From contig LSRY02000011.1 of assembly GCA_001643675.2 (NCBI GenBank), positions 1,302,001 through 1,366,000 on the forward strand: DNA of 64,000 nt, in the 5' to 3' direction. This DNA is from Monocercomonoides exilis PA203. Its lineage: Eukaryota; Protista; Preaxostyla. Of the stretch, positions 51,367 to 61,786 are shown one piece after another; the stretch's first letter is position 1; every line of letters starts with the position of its first letter. The position numbers and the translations under genes are program-made. A model generated the notes under the pieces. That model searched no databases. It had not been told where the DNA came from and saw only the letters and a program-made list of their open reading frames with translations.

Positions 51367-51766
51367 TACAGATATTGGATAAAATACGGGACATCGCACA
51401 AAATACAGGACAAGATCGTTTTCTCAATAACCACTCAAACAGAAAATCTGATAATACACCTCTAAAGATATCTTAACTAAACTAACTCATTTGGCATATC
51501 AGACTTTCATTTCGGTGCAAACTGAATATTAAAAAAATAGTTTTTGAAATCTCGGAGAGATTTGATTTTGTGTTTCTCCGAGATTTCAAAAACTATTTTT
51601 TTAATATTCAGTTTGCACCGAAATGAAAGTCTGATATGCCAAATGAGTTAGTTTAGTTAAGATATCTTTAGAGGTGTATTATCAGATTTTCTGTTTGAGT
51701 GGTTATTGAGAAAACGATCTTGTCCTGTATTTTGTGCGATGTCCTGTATTTTTCCCAATATCTGTA
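51367..51766. repeat. Near-perfect foldback MITE (192-bp arms, 16-bp loop), TA-CAG...CTG-TA ends (Tc1/mariner-like)
   Basis: Arms 51367-51558 and 51575-51766 are reverse complements with about 3 mismatches near the ends; flanked by TA. Confidence 0.9.
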
Positions 51767-51775
51767 TATGTATTT

Positions 51776-52233
51776 CAGTCAAAACCGGATCTAATCACGT
51801 CGAATATAATCACATTCGTTAAAAGTCACATTTTTTTTAAGCACCAACATTTTTATCCAAATTATCATTCATTTTTCATCGTATATAATCACAGGGATGA
51901 AAATATATAATCACATTTTGTTTAACAATGTGTTTGTTTTTCAATTAAAAATCTGTTTTTTTGATCGATAATCTCCATTTTTTGATTGTTCAAAATATTG
52001 TTATAATTAGTCTGAAAGATGCAAATATATAATAAAAATTGTTGTTTGTGTTGATAAAAGTGCATGAGTGAAGAATTTTCAAAAAATGCAAAAATTGACT
52101 ATTTATTAATTAATATATTTTTAATTTTTAAATTTATTTTTTCATGTGTAATGTGACATCGCTTCTAATCACAATCGGATATAGTCACAAAAAGTTGTGC
52201 AAAAACAGATGTGATTATATCCGATTTGGACTG
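51776..52233. repeat. MITE with CAGTC termini and internal ATATAATCACA repeats
   Basis: CAGTCAAAACCGGATCTAATCAC ... GTGATTATATCCGATTTGGACTG; related fragment at about 52655-52740. Confidence 0.65.
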
Positions 52234-52979
52234 CATTTTGAAAAAATCTGGGTCAAAATATTTTGCTTCAAGCATTTTCATTGAAAAATTAAACACTTTT
52301 CATCGACTTTTTGAAAACAAAAACCACAATAAAAATGGGTTCATTTTTTGACATTTGTGATATATTACAAAACTTTCTGTTTTGATTTCAATGATGTTTG
52401 TTTTCAGATATGAAAATCAATTTTATTTTGGTATTTTTATAAGTTAAAAAATGTTATAAGTGAAACAATTTTTTAATGTGTTGTGCATAAAAAGCTTGAA
52501 AGTATATATTTTTCCCCAATTTTCAAAATTTTTCTATTTTATTGAGATGCTTTGCTTGACTTAATATGAAATATTTGCCAGAAAAATTCGGAACAAATAT
52601 TAATACTCTTTTTTATTGCATAAAATTAGCCCAATACAAAAAACTTTATGCTCGTTGAAATCGAACGTTATCATCATCGGATATAATTTTTAGACAAGTT
52701 TTAAAAATGCAGATGTGTTAATATCCGGATTTGATTGTGAACTTTTTTTTGAACCAACATTGTGCATGCTTTTTTCATTCGATTTATTTCTTTAGAGATC
52801 ACGGGTCAAACATTTTGGACTAACCTTTTTGAAATATTATTTTTAAAAAATTATTCGATTTCTTTTTTTAACAAAAATCTGATGAATTGATAAAATTAGA
52901 TAATAAAGATTTTTCCAAAATTTGTTCATTTTTACAAAATCTTTCACTTTGAATTTTGAAACGACGAAAAAAAAGAAAA

Positions 52980-53040
52980 AGAAAGACAGAAAGACAGAAA
53001 GACAGAAAGACAGAAAGACAGAAAGACAGAAAGACAGAAA
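52980..53040. repeat. 8-bp tandem repeat (AGAAAGAC) x about 7
   Basis: Direct reading. Confidence 0.9.
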
Positions 53041-53514
53041 CACTTGTCGAAAGACTTCGAGAACGAAAATAATTGAAACGACTCATCGAAAATAAGAAAA
53101 TTTAATACATTAACACCCCTTCAATTAATATTTTATTTAAAGCAAGATTTCTCAATTTTTATCGAACATTTTTGATCAAAAGATCAACTTTTATTTGGAA
53201 AAAGAATCGATTAAATGATATTATTGTGTGATTTTTTCATTGAACCCTCTCATTATAATCGACAAATAATCAAAGAAAAATGATTAAAAAATATCGTGTT
53301 ATGAAAAATGAAACGTTAGCCAGATATGATTATTTTCAATGAGAATAAAAATAGTTTTCCAAAAACATTGCAAAAAGAATTTATTCTTTAAAATAATATT
53401 AATAATTATTAATAACTTTTTGTACAACTGAAAGAAAAATGTTCATCATATATGTTTGGAGTTGCTTCAAAAATTTCAATGTTATCTATTTATCTTTTGC
53501 AACAGCTTATTTAT

Positions 53515-54502
53515 AGGGTCATATTTTTATTAGTACCCCGTTTTTTATTAGATCCTTAAAAAATTTTTTCTTATATTGCTTTATATAGAAGCTTATACAC
53601 AATGAGAATAATTTTAAAACTAATAATATATTATTATAAGGTTGTATACCAAATATTTTTGTATATTATTTCTTTAAAAAAAAGATCTGTATTTTTTTAA
53701 GTTTTATTTTTTGATCAATGTTTTGCTCGTGTTTCCACGAGTTTTTGAAACCAAGCATTTTCCTTGTTAGCAATATTTTTTAACTTTTCTTTTTAACATT
53801 TTTGGTTATTTTATAACTTGAGGAACTCTTTTTTTTGAACAGTTTTCACACCTCACCTTTTTTTCGTAAAACTGAAATTTAGAACGAACATGTTGTTTTT
53901 TATTTGAAATTATCATACGCGTAAAATAAATAAATAAGTGTATCAAATAATAAATGTGATGAAAAATTGAATTGAAAAGTAATTCTGTTGAAAAATGAAA
54001 AAGTTGATATTTTGTTTTTCTCGTTTTATTTTTCATACACATATAAATTTCAAAGAAAGCTTAAATATATAATATCACATAAAATAAAGCATCATTGAAA
54101 AACAAGCAATCTTGTTAATAACAATTTTCTTTGTTGAAATTTCAGTTTTACGAAAAAAAGGTGAGGTGTGAAAACTGTTCAAAAAAAAGAGTTCCTCAAG
54201 TTATAAAATAACCAAAAATGTTAAAAAGAAAAGTTAAAAAATATTGCTAACAAGGAAAATGCTTGGTTTCAAAAACTCGTGGAAACACGAGCAAAACATT
54301 GATCAAAAAATAAAACTTAAAAAAATACAGATCTTTTTTTTAAAGAAATAATATACAAAAATATTTGGTATACAACCTTATAATAATATATTATTAGTTT
54401 TAAAATTATTCTCATTGTGTATAAGCTTCTATATAAAGCAATATAAGAAAAAATTTTTTAAGGATCTAATAAAAAACGGGGTACTAATAAAAATATGACC
54501 CT
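53515..54502. repeat. Long inverted repeat / foldback element: 366-bp arms, 256-bp spacer
   Basis: 53515-53880 is the reverse complement of 54137-54502 with no mismatch noticed; non-coding. Confidence 0.9.
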
Positions 54503-54808
54503 GCATAATAGAATTGATTCTATCATTTGAAGGATAATTTTATTGTATTCTCAAAAATTAACAGTCAAACATACATATACATATACATTATCATAAAGAA
54601 AAAAAAAAAAGAAAGAAAGAAAAAGAAAGCGTAAAAGTAGAAAAAATCATTTGTAAATTGAATATCCATTCAATACACAAAAAATCAGTTTGTAATTCGA
54701 GCAACATTCCAAAAATTTGTGCAAAATTAATTTCAACAAAAACATTTTTTGTAACCTAAAAATTTTCATTTCACAAATCAAAATGAATGCATCTGGTGCT
54801 ATTATCAT

Positions 54809-57144
54809 TTATAATATCAAAGAAACAATAATTGTTGAGGAAATTGTTCCAGCAAACAATCCAATGTTCAAAGATGCAGACATAAAACTACCTCCAATGA
54901 TCTTTTCTTTTTCATCCGTGAGATCTTCGCAAGCCAGTGCCCTATCAAAATATTGAGACAAGAATAATTTAAGAAAAAACATATGAAATTATGTAAAGCG
55001 GAAAGTTATAATTTCATAAACATTTGTAAAGCATTTTCAAAAATTTGAAAAATGAATGTTTTGTTTTATGTAAAAAAACAAATTCTTTTTGCACACATTA
55101 TTAATGTTGAATGATAACCATTCGTAATTGCTAACAAAGATTGGAAAACAATGGGGTACCACAAATGTTGACATGACTCAATATATAATGATAAGAAAAG
55201 TAATGCAGCAATTACCTAAGTATTCACATATTTTAAATTGATATATCAAATAAAAACAAATTATTTATTTATTTAAGAAAGAAGAAGGAAAAAAAAGAAA
55301 GAGAAGAGTAATTTATATACGCGTATATGCACATTTGCACACATATAAAAGAAAATATTAATTCTCAAATCAATAGCTCTTCAAAAAGTTCTCAGAGAAA
55401 TCTTTCTTTCATGAAAACATACCAATCTAAGTAGTGAAACAACGTTCATTGCAAGCACTGATTTATAAAGAGGAAAGCATGTGGGGAAGAACCGAACAGC
55501 AAAGTCAAGCACGTTAAAAATGTTCAACTTGATATTCTGAATTTAAAAAGCATGGAAAAAAAATGATCGTATTTTCAAAAGGGCATATATTTGCATTCAG
55601 CATGGAAAATTCAAGAATTAAAGACAACAATCCTTAAGATGTGTTCAAATTAGTATTCCAAAATGGAAAACTATAACGTAAATCAACTTCTCACATCAGC
55701 TCAAATAAAAATTCTAAAGAATAACTTTCATGCCGGTATCCCTCTCAAAATTAAATGCTTACGATACACACCGTCCACAATTCATGGCCCCATTCGTCTT
55801 CAAACATTCCTTTTGGAGGTGGGACTGCAATGATGATGTTTGGGAAGACAAGAAGCGAAACGAAAAAGCAAAGAAATCCCGACAATCCCCACCAAAATTT
55901 CTTTTTCGCGATATGAAACATCTGAATAAACTGAGAACGAAGAGAACCGCAAAGAGTTTCATTATTTGCAACAGTTAACGAAGAATTTGTGGAAGAAGGC
56001 GATGAAATCAAGGAAAGTTGACTATCTATTTGAAAAGATGAATCCAACAATGGAGAAGATGATTGAAGTATCTGATTATCCTCAATTTTTTGATGGCTGT
56101 CATAAGACGATTGAACTAGATTGTCAATATTTTCATTTTTCATTTCCTCTTCGTTCTTTATTTCCGATATCTGTTCATTTCTGCCATTCTTTCCTTCTAT
56201 AGGTTCAGAATTAACTTCTTCTTCCTTCAAATTCTCGCCATGCGTTTCTTCGTCACGTTTTGTATCGACCTCTAAACATGTCACGTCCAATACAGAAAGC
56301 TCAACTTCTTGAGCAGCTATCTTTCCATTTTGCTTTGCTTTCGTTTCTTCATTGATTTCGCTTCTAGCATCATCAACTCCAATTTTTTTTGATGATCGTA
56401 ACTTTTCCTTTGAATAAGGTAAAATTGTCAAAATCCAATAACCCACAAAAGCTAAGGCATTTATTACTGCTGAGAATGCAAAAAATATATATCCTATCAG
56501 ATCTGTGTTGTCTCCTGGCAACGAAATATGCAAAATTAACGGTACTAAACTTATTAATCCATCAAGAGCTTGGCCAATCATCGTTGATTGCGTGTGTAAA
56601 GGTGAAAGTTGACTTGAAAGCCCAAAAATCGTGACATTTAAACATCCAGTTATTATTCCGAGAAAAAACGAAAGAATAAGCATCAATACCACAGCAGCAA
56701 TGGTTCCATCGAGAAAGGTGCAAACAATTGGAATTATAATCATTATCAACACTGATATGAAAATTGGAATTGGGACTGCATAATTTCGATTAATGTGACC
56801 AGAAATTCCAGTGCAAATAAGTAAAGTAGGAAGTGATCCAACATGATAAGCAGCCAACATAAATGACATATTATTATTTCCAGGGAGCCTTTTCAAAAAG
56901 AAATTTGCCTTTGAAGCATGCAAAAATACAAGATTAGTTACATTTATTCAACGAATCATAGATTATATGGTAATTAAACATACAGAGCTTATTATTCCAT
57001 TCCATGCAGAAAGAACTGCCATTCCCAGAAGAGCACATAATATCTTTGTAAAATGAAACTTTTATAAAGTTGTTATAGAATTATACAAGTATTAGATCCT
57101 GATTATACTTTATCTGAATTAGCATTAGTTTTTATTTTTTTCAT
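54809..57144 (-). CDS. Equilibrative nucleoside transporter (ENT/SLC29 family), multi-exon
   Basis: TM1 ILCALLGMAVLSAWNGIISS; FGLSSQLSPLHTQSTMIGQALDG; large hydrophilic loop; FFVSLLVFP; ITNGYHST; final TM IGGSFMSASLNIGLFAGTISS*. Confidence 0.85.
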
Positions 57145-57574
57145 TCAAACATTTATTAAAAAAAGGATGCATCAGATCAATTGTTACTAATTTTCATAAT
57201 AATTGAAAAAATTCTTATTTCACAATTGATTTAATTAAAAAGTTGGAGTTCGCATTTGAATAGCCTTAAATCTTTCCAGTTATCAAACGAAACAAATTAT
57301 TATATTTTTGTGAAAAAACTTTCGTATTAATACTTTTGTTCAATCAACTGGTTTATTAAAGTTTAAAAAAAAGAAAAAAAAATATTTATTTCACATTTAT
57401 TTATAATGCTCAAATTTTATTTCAATAACTTAAAGACAATGCAAAAATAAAGAAAAACTAGTTAGTCTTTGAAATGACAGCTTCTGAAATGAACAATATT
57501 GGAAACACAAACGAATATTTCAAATATAAAACTACAAATGCTTCTTTGAATCTACTAACTTTTGATGAAAAGAT

Positions 57575-58678
57575 TCAAAGTTGAACAACCATCACTGATA
57601 TATTATCAGTACTTCCAGCTGTAAGAGCTTTCTGCTTTACTGCTTTTGCTGCCTGTTCGCATCCAGATGCTTTTTTTTCTGTAACTATTTGCGCAACTTC
57701 ATCATCACTCAACACGTCCCAAACACCATCGCATGCAATAATGATGTGAGTATCATTTTCTGGATCAACTATTGTCTCTGAGACAAATGGATCGCAAATA
57801 ACATATTTTTTCATCTCAAAATCTCCAAGCGCTCTGGAAACGGCAAGTATTCCTTCAAATAATAAACATGATAAACACAATTTTATTCAAAAAATATATA
57901 ATTGAGTTTGCACGATAAAAAGAGAAAAAAAGAAATATATATTTGAACCATTCACTCTTCCCATTGAAACAAAACCGCCAGCTCCACGAATCCTTTCTTG
58001 TTCTTCTGTTAAAGTCGGCTTATGATCATATGAAAGGCGTAAGCCTCTTCCATTCCTCCTTGATTTTCACAATAAAAGCACATATAAAGCAAACAGTAAC
58101 TTATTTTGAAAAATCCATACACAAGAATTGATCTAGCATCTCCACAATTTGCAGAATAAATTTTTTTAATAATTTTTGAATCCTTTTCCTCTTTTTTAAT
58201 ATATATAACAGCAGCCGTGCACCCGTCAAAATCTATGTCAGTTTTCTCCATCTTTTTATCTGTCATTTTGAATGTATCTGCTAAAATTGAGGGCATAGTT
58301 GCTGAAGGATTTGCTGCACACATATCCAAAAATATCTATTGAAAAAATTAGTTAAAACTTTGATTTTAATTAAATCTTTATAACCTTGTGAATGTTATCT
58401 CTCGCAAATTGAGCAGCAGAGGTACCTCCATGGCCATCAAAAACTCCAAGAAAAATGTTTTCTTTTTCTGGTCCAGCATCTTGGACATATAAATGTGTAT
58501 CCTAAAGTGTTACATGTTTTTAATGTGCATTTCAAAGACAATATTGTTTTTCATTAATATTTGAATAAATATTGTGATATATTGATGTTAATACTTCCAT
58601 AGACGATCTGTACATATAGTTTTCATCTTCTGCAAATCCGTAATCACTTATAAGACTAACACTCGAAGGTTGTGCCAT
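57575..58678 (-). CDS. Protein phosphatase 2C (PPM family), multi-exon
   Basis: [51 protein letters not shown]. Confidence 0.93.
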
Positions 58679-58936
58679 GAATATTTTGGATATTAAAAAA
58701 CAAAACAGAAAATTATTATTATGGTTATTGACTCTAACTTTTTTTAATCAACACAGAAGATGCTTTTTGAACAATTATAAACTTCAGCAAAAACTTCTAA
58801 ATACACGATCTTTTCAAGAAATTTAGCTAAACTTTTTTAAATTTCCCAAGACTATTAATATTTACTTTACAAATAAATCTGAGAGAAATGATCTTCGAAA
58901 AATGGTAAAAATAGCAATTATTTTTAATGAAATGAA

Positions 58937-59427
58937 TTAATGTGCTTTTCTTCTATATCTAACACCAGTTGTCAGACGAGCTTTTCCTCCAGTTGGAGTG
59001 CAGATAACATTGGCGCAGTTTCCGCAAACAACTGTTGAAGTAGCATGACTGAAAACTGTCATTCTATAATTTCATGAAATAAAAATAATGAAATAAGTTG
59101 TTTAAAACAAAGAAACAACAGTAGAGAAAGATTACGAAAAAAAAAAAGAAATAAAATGTTGAAACAATTTAAAAAAACAAATTAAAAGAATCAAAAACAA
59201 AACGGCAAACATTTTCTGGCAATTGTGGCACTTAACGTCCATGAAATAGCTATTGGGGGACTGCACAAGGCGTTTAAGTTTGTAGCTTTGTCTTTCAGAC
59301 TTCTTTGAAGGATGAAGGAGATCAACTTTGAATTGATACTGAATTTACGCAAATGTTTAGCAACAATAATTTATTTACGAAATACAGCTTCGATAACAAA
59401 AAGCAAAACACGAACCTTCTTGACCAT
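58937..59427 (-). CDS. RPS27: 40S ribosomal protein S27 (eS27), three short exons (absent from ORF track)
   Basis: MVKK / [42 protein letters not shown] / [41 protein letters not shown]. Confidence 0.95.
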
Positions 59428-59579
59428 TTCGATAAAGCTCAGATTACTGATCTGAAAATATACCTCTTTTGGCAATAAGCCATAACAAAATAAAATATAT
59501 TTTCAAATTGGTTAAAAGTTTTGTTGAGAAGGTGAAATTTTTGTTTTTAATTTTATTGTATTATTATAAAATTTAAGTA

Positions 59580-61660
59580 ATGGACGATCCTTTCAAAAGC
59601 TCTTCTCGGCAATCATATGACACTTCCTTACTCCCAAGCTCAAGAAGAGGGCAAAATTTTACAGTCCAAGAACCTTCACGTGTTTCTATGCTTGATTTAC
59701 CTGTTCATCCTTCATCATTTTATACGCCAGAACCCCAACCAGAATTTTACAGAAATCAACATCGATTTTCTCAAAGTGGTTACATGGGTATCTTTTAAAA
59801 ATTTTTTATTTCAATTTTTATCCAAAACTATTTTTCGATTTTCAGAAACAAAATATAACCCTTGTAATGATCCTCTTGCATTTGCATTTGCAAATCCTTC
59901 GACATCTTTTCTTCCTCCACCACCGCCTCCTCCTCCTGTTGCAAAATATTCTTCACCAGTTAAACTTGTTCCGATAACGCCACAGATGGTGGCTTTATCC
60001 TTAGAGAACTTTTCAATTACCGGAGAGCATAATAAGAATCAGAATAAAATAGATCATGGAGATGGTTACAACAAAGAAGAATATGAAGAAGAAGAAGAGG
60101 AGGAAGAGGAAGAAGAAGAAGAAAATGAAGAAGAAGAGGAAACGCCTTATCAGATAGAAAAAGAAGAGAAAAATCATAAGGTACATAATGATGACATTGA
60201 TCGTGAAACGAAAAAAAGGACTGACCATGCAAAATCAAGCCATCATCATCATAAACATAAACATCATCATTCAACTCATCATTCACACAAAATAGATGAG
60301 CATTTGCAAGACTCGAAAAAAAGTCACCACCATAAACATCATTCATCTAAACGCAAAACAGATAATACTGATGTTTGTAGTTATGAAGATGAATTGACTC
60401 TTTCAGAGAGCCAAGAACAGGATTTAGCAGAAAATGAAAATGATGAAAAGGAATTAGCACTTCAGATCGAACTTTTAAAGGATGCAAAAGAAGAAGAGGA
60501 AGAGGAAGAAGAGGAAGAAGAAGGGGATGAGGCTGAGGAAAGTGGCAATGATTTTGAGAAGAAGAACGAAGACGACGACGATGACGATGATGATTATGCG
60601 GACGGGAGAACAATCATCTTTTCAAAGAAGAGCAGACAAAAAGGAGGGCGGCACATTCTTGGAACGTGGCTGAATGATCAGCGGAGATTCCCAAAGAGGA
60701 GAAAGACGCAATCTGCAGCATCCAAAATGAAGGCGAAGAATCAACGCTCAAAAGGAGATTTGATGGATCTCAAATCAGATTCCGCCAAGCTGACTGGAAA
60801 AGAAAAAGGGAATAAAACGCCTGCAAGAGAGAGAGAGAGAAGCAAAACAAAGAGAGATTCTGAGGAAGATGCTGAAGACGAAGATGTGCTTTCTGAAGCT
60901 GATCAAACATACAACACACCAAATTTCTCGAGAAGGGTTGGATTTGGCACACGTGGCGGTGCATCTTCGTTGAGCCCTTCTAAGAAAGATGAATTAAGAA
61001 CAGAGAATAGAAAGGGAAGCGCTGATTATGAAGGAGGAGAAGGAGAAGAAGGAGAAGGAGAAGAGGAAGAGGAAGATGAAAATGAGAATGTGCAGGAAGA
61101 TCAAGACGAAGATTACGATCACGGGAAATGTGAGGGCAGAATGCCAAGCCAAGCACGCAGAGATGAGCATTTTCATAACCCTTCAGAGCTTCTTCGCCCT
61201 CGTTCCTCTTCGTCATACATCCATCCCAGGCCGATCCAGTCCAGAAGAAGAAAGATGAATCCGGTTGACCTGTATCACCGCTACCAGCGCCAATGGACTT
61301 CCCACCCATCCACCCACATCATCACTGGATCCAGGCGGCCAAGTGTTATTTTGGGGAAGATGCCTTCTGCTGCTCCATTGCCTTTTCAGCCTCCTGAAGA
61401 AAGAGAAGGAATGGATGCCGTGGACGCATCGCAGTGGCTTGGTTCAGGTAAGGCGAGAAAAGGAAGAAGAGTACCAATGCCCTCGGACTATGTTGTCCCA
61501 TCAACAAAAAAAAGAGACAGTCTTGTTTGGAAAGTCAGGGTTTGATATATTTTTCTCATAATAATTTTCAAATATTTTTTTTTTTATGTTTATCAAAATT
61601 AATTTATTTTCACTAAAATTATATTAGGAACATATGAATTCAGTTCCATCTGAATATTAA
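59580..61660 (+). CDS. HYLS1-like centriolar/basal-body protein, with an acidic, His-rich disordered N-terminal part
   Basis: C-terminal RKMNPVDLYHRYQRQW and DYVVPSTKKRDSLVWKVR resemble the HYLS-1 box; introns near 59788-59845 and 61540-61627. Confidence 0.65.
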
Positions 61661-61786
61661 TTCATTTCATTCATTTTTTGTTTATTCAAATAAAGAACTA
61701 TTTTTTTCACATTTACATTATTTTTTTTATAACAAATATACCCTTTATTCTATCTCTTTCAAACTCCTTTTATCAACTTTTATTTC

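Noticed and set aside
51780-53040. CRISPR-like or telomeric arrays
   Set aside because: ATATAATCACA copies are irregular MITE subrepeats and AGAAAGAC is a short internal microsatellite; no spacer periodicity or cas genes
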